Assembly: GCA_028534125.1 (NCBI GenBank)
Contig: CM052838.1
Span: 14,074,001-14,138,000 of the forward strand
Length of the DNA: 64,000 nt
Direction: 5' to 3'
Source of the DNA: Lama glama
Taxonomy: Eukaryota
Shown: positions 1 to 13,528 of the stretch, piece by piece
Numbering within the stretch: the stretch's first letter is position 1
Layout: every line of letters begins with the position of its first letter
Translations under genes and position numbers: made by a program
The notes under the pieces: generated by a model
Told to the model about the DNA's origin: nothing
What the model saw: only the letters and a program-made list of their open reading frames with translations
Databases searched by the model: none

Positions 1-617
1 CAGGGTCACCTCAGAGAGCTGCTACAATTTTTTTTTTTTTACCTTGAGATTGCTGCAGCTTTTAATGACTGGAAACCAATTTAGGTGGGAAATTGCTTAG
101 CAAGAGGTGATCACTTTTGTACACTATCAGAACCGGAGAAAGGAACTCTGTCACGGTTGCCCCATTGCTGTGACCCACTCCTCCACGCCAGCCGTGACTC
201 AGATAAGGAGGGGGCAGCCCTCCGGGCCCTGGGGAAGAGAACAGAAAGGAATCTGGAAGGGGAGGGAGGTTTTATTTATTTATTAAAGGCCCACAGTGTG
301 CAGTTTTTACAACAAACCTGCCTGGCGCCCAGTAAGTCTCAATAAATACTGGGTTGTCCCCGAATGAGTCATCTGTTTGTTGTCTGACTGAGCAGAAGCT
401 CGTAAATCAGGATGTAGTTGGTGCCATCAGTTACTGGGTTGCCCTCTGTGAATTCCTTGATGAGAGGGACAAAGGATACAGCTTCACAGTCCCTTTCGGG
501 CTTTTCTCCTGATACCCTCCTCTTAGGAAGGAGACCCTAGGTCCTTAAGGAGAGGAGAGAGACTGCCTTCCTTTCTCTCAGCCACCTGCACTTGCCAGTC
601 TTAAGGAAAGACCAGAC

Positions 618-837
618 CCAGGGTCCACAAACTACGGTCCCTGGGCTAAATCTAGCCGACCACCTGCTTTTACCAATCAAGTTTTATTGGGACACAGACT
701 CATTCATTTATGTTCTGTCTACTTTTGCTTTTCTGGTTCTGCGGCTGGGCTGAGGAGTTGTGGCAGAGATCATGCGGTCTCCAAAGCCTAAAATATTTGT
801 GACCTGGCCCTTTATAGGAAACCTTTGAGGATCCCTG
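618..837 (+). mobile_element. MER58A-like hAT-Charlie non-autonomous DNA transposon
   Basis: ~220 bp with cagggt...ccctg termini; internal aagttttattgg-acacag and caaagcctaaaatattt...tggccctttatag match the recalled consensus. Confidence 0.8.
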
Positions 838-1149
838 TTCTACTCCAGGGATATTGCCCACAGGTCAATGTCATCTGATAACTCCTAGACACATCCAGTA
901 GCTCATGGTCGAGCCTACACCATTTAAGAGGGCACAAGCACATCTAGGAAGTAGGTCATCCTCTGGCTTTACATCCTCTAATAGCGCACAGGCACGGGCA
1001 GTAACACATCACCTACACCATCGATTAGCACGCAGGTGCTGTCCTGTCTTGTCCTTTTCAGGCCTCACTCTGGTGGCCCAGAGACTTCTCTCTCCCTGCA
1101 CCAGGACCCAGCCTCTCTCCTGGCCTGGCCTCATCTCTCCCTGAAGTCT

Positions 1150-1345
1150 ATTGAGCAGTCTATGTACCAGGCACTCTGCCAAATGGTCTGCATATATTAT
1201 TCTTTTCATCCTAAACAGAACTACTTGATTATTATTATCACCATCATGTAGAAATGGGACTGACCCTCAGAGAGCATAAGTGGCTTGTTCAAGGTCACAC
1301 AGACATGAGTAAGCCGTGGTCCAGTCCTCGGTCTCGCTCCAACCT
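1150..1345 (-). mobile_element. MIR SINE
   Basis: attgagca...tatgtaccaggcact...ctcagagag...aagtggcttgttcaaggtcacacag: reverse MIR core. Confidence 0.75.
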
Positions 1346-3186
1346 TGCCCCTTTCCATGGGATTACATCCTCATTTCTGTACCTCGGTGTGTCTCCACCC
1401 CCTTGCATACTCTTTACATGTGCTTTTATGTCCCTTCCTCTTTTATAACAAAGGAGCAAGATATATGCCTGGCTCCCATTTTTAACAGCCTTACTTCTCT
1501 TTCCATGTGACATAGCGAAAAGTTATTCAAGTCTGCGATTTTATCTTTTGATTTACAAACGATTAAAAATATCAGTTAGAGAAATTCTGAGATGCAGAAT
1601 TGAGCTGGCAAGTGGTTCGAATTTATATGATAATAACTTTGTCACATGAAATCAAACTTTAATGTTGTTAGTGGGATTTTTTTTTAATTTTCTTCAGCTT
1701 GATCAACTCTATCAAGTGACATCCTGTGTAACCCAATTTCTGCGCAGCGACAGGGCTGACCCAGGCTGCCAATTTATGAAGCCTTTCCATAAATCAGACC
1801 TAATATTTAATAACATTGTCAAATAGAATGCAGTGTTAATAGTTTGAGTGTCAATCTTCACAGCTCATTGGGCTCTTTGAATAAATAGATGAGTAGCTTG
1901 TTACAGACCCTGTGGCTGGAAATAGTATTTTTCGGAGTGAAGTAGCTTTGGAGTCCAGAAGTCGTAACAGAAGGTGGTTTTTTCCACTCAGTAAATATTG
2001 CCGAGGTCATAAAGTGTGAATGCAAATGCAGGAAGAAAACGGGCCCACAAATCTTAGTTATTTGCACAGTGATCTAATGCTAGCCTTAGCGCCGGCTTGT
2101 GTGTGGGTATCACCCGTTAGCACCTGCATTTATTCCTTCTCCTTGCTCTCTGCCCAGTGACAAGGGCTGCTCTCATTGTCCAGACTCCCCGCTGAGTGTC
2201 AGGGACCATAGCTTGTGGCAGGGGGTCCCCAGGAGGACTTCAGTCTTCCGTGGGAGGATCAGGGACTTTGATGCCCCACGAGTGCCCCTCTATTTGGAAG
2301 AAGCAAGGTGAGGAAACAGCCTGCTTCCGGGGCACACCCGGAAGTCCTTACTGAGGAGGGAGACGAGGCTTATATGGGATGGCACGCCTTTGTATTTTGG
2401 AGATGCTAGGTTCAATGATTAGGAAGGTTTGGCCAAGCTGATGAATGGGATCCTTGATGCAGGTCTGACCTCCTCCCCTGACTCCCCGGAAAAGGGACTG
2501 GTACTGATGAGGAGGCCCTGCGCAGAGGAAACCAACAATGCTTTTCTCTGGTAGCAGCAATAGACCCTGGAGGGACGCTCCAAGGCATGTATTTTGTCCT
2601 TTTTCTGCTTCCAAGTTAATGCAGATCAGAGATTCTGTATGCCTCCTTCCTTTTCAGACACCCACATTGGATAATCATTCATCTCTATTCTTTTGTACTT
2701 GCTCAAAAGGCACTATATCTTTTTTGGCAAATTGGATGGCCTCTTCTCTTTATTCATTCATTTATTCACTTATTCATCCATTTAAGAAATGTCATTTGAA
2801 TAGCTTCCACCTGGGAGTTTGGAGATGCGAATTGAAGTTCCACTTTCAACTAAATTTAATGTGTGGCTTTGGTCAAGAGAATCCACCTGTCTGGGCTATC
2901 TGTGAGGCTGAGACAAGTCTGCCCAGATTACTTGTGAGTTTAGCAGTCCGGAAGTGGAAAATGTCTGGTGTGGACTGCAGTATGAGGTTAACATGGAGTA
3001 GATGTCAGCAAAATGCCTTAGCACCTACTGTAGATAAGGAGAAGAACATACTGAAAATGTAAAAACAAATAGCTCTTCATCTTTTTATGAGGTATAATTG
3101 ACATACAATAAAATACATATATATTGATTATTTCGTGGGTTTAGACTATTGTATACAACTGTGTAATCATCACCCAAAACAAGATA

Positions 3187-3531
3187 TAGTAACCCATTGG
3201 TATCCAAGGGGGATTGGTTCCAAGACACTATGGATACCAAAGTCCATGGATGCTCAAGCCCCTTCTATAAAATGGGTTAGTATTTGCATGTGACCTGCGA
3301 GCATCCTTCTGTACACTTTAAATTTCATCCCTAGATCACTTATACTATCTAATACAATATAAATGCTATCTCAGTAGTTGTAAATACAATGTAAATGCTA
3401 TGCAAATCATCGCCAGCAGGCAACCAATTCAAGTTTTCCTTTTTGGAATTTTCTGGAATTTTTAAAAATATTTTTCATCCACAGTTGGTTGAATTTATGG
3501 CACAGAACCCAGGGATGCAGAGAGCCAACGG
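3187..3531 (+). mobile_element. MER2-like TcMar-Tigger DNA transposon nested in L1
   Basis: ggtatcc..gggggattggttcca...atggatgctcaag...gttggttgaat...gccaacgg matches the recalled MER2; preceded by TA. Confidence 0.8.
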
Positions 3532-3819
3532 TGCAGAGCATTTCCATCACCCTGAAAAGTTTTCTCATGTCACTTTCTAGAAACCTCTCCCCCTAACCTC
3601 AGAAGCAAACACTTAGGAATTTCTGGTGACACAGACTAAATATCCCTGTGCTTGTACTTCACATATGTAGAATAACATAAGTGTATTTGTGTTTATTTTC
3701 TTTCATCCCACAAAATATCTATGAGTTTTAACCATGAAGTTGTAGATATTAGTACTTAGTTCTTTCTCTTTTTTTTTTCCTTTGAGTAGTATTCCATTAT
3801 ATGAACAAACCTCAATTTG

Positions 3820-4036
3820 GGTTTTTGTTTTTTGTTTTTTTTTAACATTTTTTTATTGATTTATAATCATTTTACAATGTTGTGTCAAGTTCCAGTGTAA
3901 AGCACAATTTTTCAGTTATACATAAACATATATATATTCTTTGTCACATTTTTTTCTCTGTGAGCTACCAAAAGATCTTGTGTATATTTCCCTGTGCTTT
4001 ACAGTATAATCTTATTTATCTATTCTACAATTTTGG
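3820..4036 (-). mobile_element. Young 5'-truncated L1 3' end (camelid-type)
   Basis: Poly-T/GTTTT tail, then ttttattgatttataatcattttacaatgttgtgtcaa; flanked by AATTTG at 3814-3819 and 4037-4042 (TSD). Confidence 0.8.
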
Positions 4037-4928
4037 AATTTGTTTATTCGTTCTCCAGTTGACATACATTTCGGTTGTGGCCAATCTAGAGCTATAACGT
4101 GTTAGGCAGTATGATCATTTTTGTACAGCTCTTTTGTGGCAATATGTTTCCATTTCTCTTTGCCAAATACAGTTGAGCGAATTTCAGGTCACAGGGCAGA
4201 TGTGTGTTTACCTCTATAAGGCACTGCCTAACCACCTCCAATGTGATTATTCGATGTTACACTCCAGCTAATGATACCCCGCTTACATGCTTGTAAGTTC
4301 CAGTTGCTGGACATCCTAACCGACAATTTGTTTGTCAGTCTTTGGAACTGTAGACAATTTAGTGGACGTGAAGGACATCTCATTGTTTTAATTTGCATTC
4401 CTTTGATAACTATAATGTCCAGCACTTTCATGTTGGCTATCCACAAAGCGTCTTTCGATAAGTGTGTGCTCCAAGCTTTATAAAATTTTTACTAGGCACT
4501 TCATCATTTCATTGTTGATGTAGATTACATATATATATTCTGGATATAACTCCTTGATCAAATGTAAGTACTCTAGATATAATTCCCAATCTGTAACTTA
4601 CCCGTTCATTTTCTTAATGGTGTCTTTTGATAAGTGGATATTTTTAGTTTTAATAAGACACCATAAATCAATTTTTCTTTTCTTTTATGGTTAATGTTGT
4701 TTGTGTCCTAAGAAAGTTTTGCCTACCTCATAGTTGCCCGTTTTCTCATAGCCGTTTTTATATTTAAGTCTGTGCTGTATCTCAAATTAGTTTTCGTGTG
4801 TGGAATAGAGCACTGGTCCAGGTTCCCTTTTTCCCCCAATATGTCCATCCAGTTGATCTAACACCACTTATTAAAAAGACTTGTATGTACTTAACAAATG
4901 ACTAGTTGCTTTGATTGAAAATCAACTG

Positions 4929-4932
<4 letters not shown>

Positions 4933-4960
<28 letters not shown>
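4933..4960. repeat. (TA)n microsatellite
   Basis: About 14 perfect TA units. Confidence 0.95.
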
Positions 4961-4965
<5 letters not shown>

Positions 4966-5526
4966 GTCTATTTCTGGATTCTCTGTTCTGGTCCAATGAT
5001 CTATGTATCTGTTCTTACACTGATACAAAGATGTCTTGACCACTGTGGCTTTTTAATCATTCCTTAAATCAGGCAGTGTAAGTCCTTCAACTTTGTTCTT
5101 CTCCTGCAAGATTATTTGGGCAATTCTAAATCTTTTGCATTTCCATTTAAATTTTATAATCATCTTGTCAGTTTCCCCCAAAAAACTTGAGATTTTGATG
5201 GTTATTACATTGAATCTATAGATCCTTTGGGGGGAAATTGATACCTTTAAACTATTGAGTTTTTAATCTATGAGCATAGTTTTTCCTTTTAAAACATCAA
5301 CTTTTGGTATTATTGATTTTCTTGGAAATCATGTTATATTTTATTGATTTCAGCTTTTTTTGTTAAATATTTTCTTACTTTTATTTATTTTGGTTTCAAT
5401 TTGTTCTTACCTCTTCTAGCTTCTTAGTATTGAAACTTAGATCATAACTTTTATTCCTGTTTCTTTCCTGATAGAAGCTATGTATTTCCCTTGAAGCACT
5501 CTGTTAGCTGAATTCCATGGATTTTT

Positions 5527-5692
5527 TTGTATATATATATATTTTTTTTATTTAAGTAGAGTCAGTTTACAATGTTGTGTCAATTTCTGGTGTACAGCAT
5601 AATGCTTCAGTCAGACATGGACATACATATATTCATTCTCATATTCTTTTTTCACCATAAGTTACTACAAAATATTGAATTTAGTTCCCTGT
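5527..5692 (-). mobile_element. Young 5'-truncated L1 3' end with 20-bp TSD
   Basis: GCTGAATTCCATGGATTTTT repeated exactly at 5507-5526 and 5693-5712; body gtttacaatgttgtgtcaatttctggtgtacagcat...ttccctgtg. Confidence 0.88.
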
Positions 5693-8600
5693 GCTGAATT
5701 CCATGGATTTTTATATGTTGTGTTTTCATTATCATTAAGCTCACAACATTAAGCACCAGACTTAGCCTTTTTCTTCTTGGTATCCCCTTTGAGTTCTGAG
5801 GACTAACAAATGGCCATGATTTAATATGGAAAAGGGTAAAAGAACAGAAAGCTGGGTGAGGTTGAGGAAAACTTCCCCAGGTAGTCCTGTCATGTATACA
5901 CGTTTTACAACCCAAATGCCTCAATTCCTTTTCAGCTTTGAAGATACAAATGTGAGGACGTGAGAGGAAATTGACAAGCAGGAAATAAAACACACAGAAA
6001 CACAAGGGAAACCAGAGAAGCAGAAAAGACAGTTGAATACTATGTGAACAAAACCCATTTTTATTTCTACTAAATGTGGAGTTTCCTTATAGGAGAATGA
6101 TGGTGGTCGTACTTTCCCTGCTTAACAGTTGCTGTCTATGGAACCCCTTCAGTGGGGTTCTGGGCATCTTGGCCCCATGATATACCTGAGCCTTCTTCAC
6201 GTACTTTAACTCTGTGGTCCAACCAAACTCCAAGGGCGCTCAAGTTAAATATCCCCCAATCCATGTCGTTGTTTAAAATAAAAGGTTTTGAGAAGAAATC
6301 TTAGGTTATACATTTGTAGTTTAAATGTAATATATCACCATTCAGAAAAACTTGGAATCTTTCTAAAAATAAGCAGAGAAGAACCAATGAAAAAGAAAAG
6401 AACCAATCAAGCATGTTTATTTACCATTTAAATATGGCTGTAGGAATTCTTGTGGGTAATTCTAGGCAGTCCTTTTTTTCACTCTCCACAAAAGTTTTAC
6501 ATAATTACAATGTTATAGAAATGTTTATCCTGCATTTTTCTAACACCACTGTAAAACTTTAAAATCATTTTTAGTGGCTAATTAAGGTTTCATCAAAGAG
6601 ATGTAAAATTATTTATTTAAACATTTCCTTCTTGATTGTCATTTGGATTGATTCCAATGTTTCACGAATACATACATTTAATGAACATCTTCATGGCTAA
6701 TGGTTTTTCAGTTACTATATTTATTTCTTCAGGTCAAATTTTCAAAAGTAGAATTACGGTGTCAAGAAAGGATAAAAACATTTAAAGCTCTCTCTACAAA
6801 ATATTACTGAGGATTGCCAAAAGCAGGGCTTTGAATAAATTATATTCTATCTTTGGGATCAAAAGAATACTCAGGCTTCAGGGTTTTTGCTTTTTTTCCC
6901 CATTAAATCCTTGTGGACTTATCTTTAGTAGGAAAAGTCCTTTTATAAATTGATCTTTTCTCAAATCCTTTATTGTGATTTTTAAAAATTTTCTTTCTCT
7001 TTGTCTTTCTCTTTTATGGGTACATATGTATTTTGACTTCATTTTGCTTTATTTTTCTGGGGAATGGAGTGGAGAAGAAACCACTTTCTTTTCAACTCAC
7101 TTTTCCCTTAGCCTACATTAGGCCTTGCCATCGGTGACTCATGAATTTCGGTGGGTTTGAGGAAATTGAGGAAGATCGCGGATAGACATCTGCCTTTGTT
7201 TGACAATCAGAACTGAGACACATACAAACCCCTTCCTGAAATGTCTGTTTCTGCAGTGATTTGCTGTTTGACATATTTGGGTTTTTTACTCATTCATTCA
7301 TGTATTCACTCATTCATTATCAGCTCATGTACTAGTGCTGAGCTCAGTTCATATGTAAGAGTGGACTTGATACTTTCCTCCTAAAATTGAGTTAGACTTG
7401 GTGTAAGGTTCAAGTGAAGACAAAGGCTGGTTTTAGACTGTACGTTATTTCAAAAAATAAAAGATTCGTGTTTCCCTTCTTTCTTTACCCAGAGTTTTTC
7501 CTTCTTCCCTTTGGGGCCTTGCATCAATGTTTGGACAATCAGGAGGTTAATTTAACCGTAATAGCTACTAGCAGAGCTGCCTGGGAAGGACCAGGGGTGG
7601 TAATGAGTCCCTCCCCTGCATTAATTAGCTCAACTGTGCATCAAGACAGCCCGTTTATTAATAAGGAAGCTAGACTTTGAGGAGGGTAAGGGACCTGCTG
7701 AAAATCAAGCTTGAGTCAGTATCAGACCCAAGATTTGAACCCAGTATTTTTTCTCACTTCAGCACCCGTGTCATTTCCCTGTAGACACAGGAGGAGGCAC
7801 GGGATCAAAATGGAGCCTCCACTCCTGCTGCCACTAACCTAGTGTTTCCAGTACAGGAAACCTGAGCGGTTCCTTCCCCTTTCCCCACCTTTATACACTT
7901 GGGTACGTGCTGCTTAGAAAGCCTTTCTTTTTTGGCCAGGCTGGTACGTGGTTATCTCTCCAGCCTCAGAAGATGCATTCACTCTTTCTGAACCCCCTCT
8001 TCCCTGGGCAGGGGCTCCCTTGACACCCTGTGCATCCCAGGGCACAGCTTCATCAGATGTCACCCCATCCTCAGTGCCCCGCTCTGTCACATCCCGGATT
8101 AGACTCTGAGCCTCCCTTGGGTCAGGCCTGCCTCTTAGTCATTTGTTTGTCCTAAGGGCCTAGAGCAGAGGTAGGCATAGGGGCAAAGCACATGGGCATC
8201 CAAAGCCTTTTGTCCTTTTACAAATCAAACAAAATAAACGTTCAACGAGTAAGAACACTGACAGTGTTCACAAATGCGTCCACGTGCACCTTTCTTCAAC
8301 ATGAAAGAGCGGGACTGCTGGGACCTAGTTGCAGGGAGGGCAAGAAAGGGGGAGGAGGGGCAGGGAGGGCAGGGGGCTCCGTCAGTCTGCTGGAGCAGGT
8401 TTCCATACAATTGACTAAGTTGGCCCCTTCGTACCACCCTGCAGCTTAATTCTGTTTGATGATGATGGGTTTGGGATAATACAGTGCAAAGATCAAGGAA
8501 AGCCCCCACTGTGCCTGCCTTATTAAATTACTTTGCTTTGGGTTTTGAGCATTGCCAAGCAAATCTCGTTATGAATTCTTCAATTACTTTCTTCTGCGAT

Positions 8601-9276
8601 TTTTATAATTTGGTAGGGTAAGCTCTGGAATCGAACCGATATCCGTGCCATCATGCTAACTTTGATTATTTTCAAACTCCTCATTAGGAGGGTGGGAGGA
8701 TGTTCACTCCCCTGCAATCTGATTTTATTCTTCAGATTTCCTCTGCCCCATAATTTGCTTTGTACCCAGGTCTGACCCGCTTCACCTTCTTGCTGGCTGC
8801 AGATGTGGGCCCATTCCATTCTGTTTGTTCCACTGAGCATTATGGCTTTGGATTTTGTGACTCAAGTTTCTGTATTTTGAACTGCATTGTTTTGTGATTT
8901 GATTACATTAAAATCAAGAAGTGATTCCTGGTAAGAGCAATTTTGATTTACCATGTCGGCCAGATTGCTGGCAATTTTTGTTTGGCTTATTTTTATTGCC
9001 GTTTTGTTGGTATTCTGTTGTTTGTCCAGGAACAAAAAGGGAGAAAAAGAGGAAGGAAAATAACAGTAATAAAGGAATTGTTCTATGTGGTATTGTACTC
9101 ATATACTGTATCTTCACCCATCAGGGCATTTTGTGATATTTCCATTTTGAAAATAAGCAATGCAAAACTCAGAAAGGTTAAACGATTCGCTTAAAGATTA
9201 TTGAACTCTTTCTATCGTCCATGTGTTTGTTATTATTATTGCTATTACTACCATCATCATCATCGTCATCATCAAT

Positions 9277-10357
9277 AAGAAAACATTTGCAAATGATGTG
9301 ACCAACAAGGGATTAAGATCCAACATGTACAAACAGCTCATACAACCCAATATCAAAAAAAAAAACAACCCAATCAAAAACTGGGCAGAAGATCTAAATG
9401 GGTATTTTTCCAAAGAGGACATACAGATGACCAACAGGCACGTGAAAAGATGCTCAACATGGCTAATTGTTAGACAAATGCAAATTTAAAAAGCAATGAT
9501 ATCGCCATACACCTGTCAAAATGGTTATTATTAAAAAGTCTACAAATAAGCAATATTGGTGAGGAGGTGGAGAAAAGGGAACCTTCACACACTGTTGGTG
9601 GGAATGTAAATTGGTGTGGTCACTATGGAAGACAGTATGGAGGTTCCTTAGAAAACTGAAATGAGAACAATATGATCCAGCAATTCCACTCCTGGGTATA
9701 TATCTAGAAAAAACAAAACTCTAATTCGAAAAGATACATGCACCCCAATGTTCATAGTTGCACTATTTACCAATAGTTAAGACATAGGAGCTACCCAAGT
9801 GCCCATCAACAGAGGATTGGTTTAAGAAGCCGTGATTATATATATGTGTGTGTATATACGTGTATATATACATACATATACATATATAAGATATTACTTA
9901 GGCATTAAAAAAGAATGAAATATCGCCACTTGCAGCAACATGGACAGACCTAGAGAATATTATGCTTAGTGAAATAAGTCAGACAGAGAAAGACAAGTAC
10001 TGTGTGATATCACTTACAATACAAATAATACAAATGAATGTATCTACAAAACAGAAACAAACTCACAGACATAGAAAACAAACTTCTGGTTACCAAAGGG
10101 GAAAGAGATGCGGGGAGAGATAAATTAGGAGTTTGGAATTAACAGATACAAAGCCGTATACTAAAATAGATAAGCAACGAGGATTTACTTTATAGCGCAG
10201 GGAATTCTATCCAGTATCTTGTAATAACTGTATAATGAAATATAATCAATTAATAAGACAACAGCAAAAAACATACCTCTATGCTGTACACCTGATATTA
10301 ACACATTGTAAATCAACTGTATTTCCATTTAAAAACAAAAACAAAAGAAACAAAAAA
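9277..10357 (+). mobile_element. 5'-truncated L1 (ORF2 C-terminus, 3'UTR, A-rich tail), sense to GRID1
   Basis: Translates [16 protein letters not shown]...[38 protein letters not shown] (L1 ORF2 C-terminus), then becomes disrupted; ends in aaaaacaaaaacaaaagaaacaaaaaa. Confidence 0.92.
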
Positions 10358-11371
10358 CCTGTTTGGGTATACATGGTGGTTTCCACTGGGATGGGAACCT
10401 CTAGTAAAGAGTCTCTTTTCTCTACAACGTAGAGGTAGTAAGATTGAGACCTGCTTTAAACTCTACATTTTAAAATTTTAGCGTGTGCGTGTGGTGTGTG
10501 TGTTTCACACACACACACAAGCAGAAGTGGACAAAGCTAGAGAGACGGGGGCGGAAGGGAGACAGAAGAGAGGTGGATTAACTCAAATCAGGAAGGGTAA
10601 TAGGAACAGTAAGACCTCAGAAAAGCACGCCATCAAGGATCAGGTAAAGGAAGCAGGGATGGTGAGGAGCCGGTAAAGAAAATCCTCAGCAGTGAGATTT
10701 GGTATCTCTAATATTTTCAGACTCTTCACACGGAAGAGGTCTTGAATCTCTCCAGGCAGCCCAGATCTCGGACCTCAGTTAGCTCCCTGGGGAAGTGAGG
10801 AGGAGGGACCACCGCACTTCCTAGTATGCGCTGGGCATCCCGGGCTTTGCAATGGGCTCCTCTCATGGCCGTGCCCCCACCAGGCCCCTCTAGTGGAGCA
10901 TCCTTCTGACTCTTTGACTTCACCAAGCTGTACACCTGGATGGTACAGCTCCACGCTTCTTCCCTGAGGGATGGGAGTCCATTCGGCTCTTTTTGGTCCG
11001 GATGTGACCTCTGGCGTGACTCCTCTCAGTGTGAAAGGCTGCTGTGTGAGCTCACTCCCTCCAGGCTGACATTTTAGCAAAGACCATGAAGGAACACGTA
11101 GCTACAAATGGGATTAGAGAGTGAGACTCATCGACATAAACCCCACAGGGATGGTCTCCGAACACATTAAGGAAGAGTCTTTAATACTAATCGTGATCAC
11201 ATGCAATTTAACTGCTTCTCTCTCCTTCCGGCTCAGCCCGAGTTGCCAGTTCCCAGCAACCCTTTATGGCTAAGGAAACACTGAGGAGAGCTGACTGCAG
11301 GTGGCCTCAGGGGGTAGTTTCGTGGGTCTCACTTGAACTTTGTCTCAGTGAATTCAAGCGCTCAGTTAAGG

Positions 11372-11592
11372 CAACATAGTGTAGTGAATAGAGTGTGAGA
11401 TTCGAGTAACAAGAAGTGGGTTTCGTTCTCGCTCCCATCCTGTGCCAGAGGTGAGATCTTGGGCAAGGTAACTTAATCCTGAACAAAATAAGCTCATCTG
11501 AAATATAAGGATAATAATACTGGGTCTCCCCAGAGTTATGGTAAAGATTAGAGGTGATGTAAAAGGATGAGTGAAATGCCTCGTAGAGTGTA
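11372..11592 (+). mobile_element. MIR SINE
   Basis: gatcttgggcaaggtaacttaa...ctcatctgaaatataaggataataata...gttatggtaaagatta core. Confidence 0.7.
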
Positions 11593-11599
11593 TTTTAAC

Positions 11600-11796
11600 A
11601 TGGTAATTCTCAAGGGGTGGTCTTTGGACCAGTAGCATCATTGTCATCCGGGACCATGTCAGAAATGAAACTCGTGGGCCCTGCCTTAGACCAAAGGAAT
11701 CAGAAGCCACAGGAGGCAAACGAGGGATATTAGTGACTGTATTTGAACATGCCCTCCAGCTGATTTTCATGCCTTCTGAAGTTTGAGAACATATGC
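11600..11796. mobile_element. MER5A-like hAT-Charlie element
   Basis: ttctcaa..gtggtc..ggaccagtagcatca...gtcagaaatg...gaatcagaa...ccctccag.tgatt...aagtttgagaac. Confidence 0.75.
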
Positions 11797-12157
11797 TTGA
11801 ATGAATACTGCTTATTGCTATGATTATTGTTTTAATAGTTCAGTATTTGATTTATTCCTGATCTTAGGAAGTGACCCTTAGCCAGAGGCCAAGGATGCCC
11901 ATTGATGCTGTCTGTAAAATCAGCCTCTGGAGGAGAGCACAGGATGGAGAAGGGTGGAGGGCAGACTTGGAGGAGCAAACAGGACAAATCCAGACCATCT
12001 TATTTTGATGCAAGTCCCCAGGCTTCCCAGCAGCCAGTATTCATCCCTTCAGTTCTGCATTAATCATTTACACATATTAATTCAGCACCATCTGTATGCC
12101 AGGCGTCATGCTAGGGCAGTGAAAAGGACATGCATGGCCAAGAGGCTCACATCCTTC

Positions 12158-12212
12158 TGCGTGTGTGTGTGTGTGTGCGCTTGCTCATGCGTGTGTGCGT
12201 GTGCCTGCGTGT
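12158..12212. repeat. Imperfect (TG/CG)n tract
   Basis: gcgtgtgtgtgtgtgtgtgcgc...gcgtgtgtgcgtgtgcctgcgtgt. Confidence 0.85.
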
Positions 12213-13189
12213 AGACAAGAAGCTTCCGTGACGCCCTGCCCTGTGCTTTGTGGGATGTTTGACCACGTGGGTGCTTCTTCTCTGTGCCGCCTGGGTTCAT
12301 GTATTCTTAGGTTGTTTCTCTTTCCTACGTTGGCATTTTTCATTCTGTATTCTTGTCTCTTAGTAAACTATTTTATACCTAAGCAAACCAATTTACTTTT
12401 TTTAGATCATTCTTAATCTTGCCCATGGAATAACTCAGATTAGATTGTTGTTTATCATGGTCTTTGGACAGTTTCAAGTTTTGACAAATCATTGAAAATC
12501 AGTGTGTCCCTTTGCCCTGCCAAGAAGGTTGCTCATGGCCCCTTGTTTTGCTGACAGTGTGCAATTTTTCGACTTTGAGGAAGGAGCCATTGATTCCTCC
12601 AAGTTTGGACTTCCCTTTTCTCCTTTGTGCCAAACCAGCTTCTTCTCCCTTGGAGACATGAGAAACCCTCCCCTACTGAGACAATACTTGGTTCACTAAA
12701 CGGTGCCCGAGGTCCCACAAGGGAGTGCAGCCGTAAAGCTTCCACAAGGTCGGGTGCTGGAGGTACATCACTGAAGCTCGTTCAGAATCTGGCAGCGCGA
12801 TGCTCGGGGTTGTTGGCAGGGGCTCCATGTGGCTCTTCGGGGCTCTTGATGTGGGACAAGGGGAGGCCATTTGTAGTCCAGGAGACCCGGGAGACACTCA
12901 AGCACTACCAGAAAGACTGATTCTGTGGTCTTGGGCAAAGTCCCTTTTGAGCCTCGATTCCCTTGGACGACGGACACAGTTTGTACTGTGGAAGTTCATC
13001 CTGAACCTTCTAGGAAGAGAATGGGTGGAAAAGCACCAAGTAGAATGATTTGCAGGAAGACGATGTCAAGTGTGACTTGCCTTCGATGTTAGTTTTCAGT
13101 GGCCTTCATCTCTTAACTCTGGGATGGTCCCTCCTCCAGTTAGTGCTCTGACCCAAGTCTCCAGAGCCATAATACGTTATCCTTCTGCT

Positions 13190-13279
13190 GGGTAGAATAA
13201 CTCAGTGGTTGAGTCCATGCTTAGCATGCATGGGGTCTTGGATTCAATCCCCAGTACTTCCATTAATCAAAAAAAAAAA
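13190..13279 (+). mobile_element. Vic-1-like tRNA-derived SINE (short form)
   Basis: A-box-like taactcagtgg, atgcttagcatgca, B-box-like ggattcaatccc, cagtacttccattaa, then poly-A. Confidence 0.85.
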
Positions 13280-13344
13280 TTACTCTTTCCTTCCTAAACC
13301 TACTTTCAAGAGGAGATAAGAAATTGACAGAGAGGTCAGTATCA

Positions 13345-13528
13345 TATTGGATCCCAATTTTAGCACACATCAGGGTTGCTGGAGTGATTACAGAAAGATT
13401 GTTGGGCCCCATTCCCAGAGTCTTTTGTTCAGTGGGTCTGGTATAGAGCCTGAGAATTTACACTTCTTATAAGTTTTCCAGTGATGCTGGTGCTGCTGGC
13501 CTGGGGCACACTCCCTGAGAACCACTGG
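13345..13528. mobile_element. MER5A-like element, opposite orientation to the 11600 copy
   Basis: gattgttgggcccca.tcccagagt...tcagtgggtctgg...gcctgagaattt...tgatgctggtgctgctgg...tgagaaccactg. Confidence 0.75.

Larger units (their letters stand above)
3080..5740 (-). mobile_element. Old L1 (L1M-type) 3'UTR and ORF2 relic, interrupted by three later insertions
   Basis: T-rich; tttttatgaggtataattgacatacaa 3' end; cattgttttaatttgcattcctttgat; the reverse translation includes GMQIKTMR, typical of the ORF2 C-terminus. Confidence 0.8.

Noticed and set aside
9223-9489. ORF with L1 ORF2 similarity as a functional CDS
   Set aside because: Short fragment of a 5'-truncated, disrupted L1.
11600-13528. 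Inverted MER5A pair as a dsRNA/ADAR substrate
   Set aside because: The copies look too diverged for a long stable duplex.
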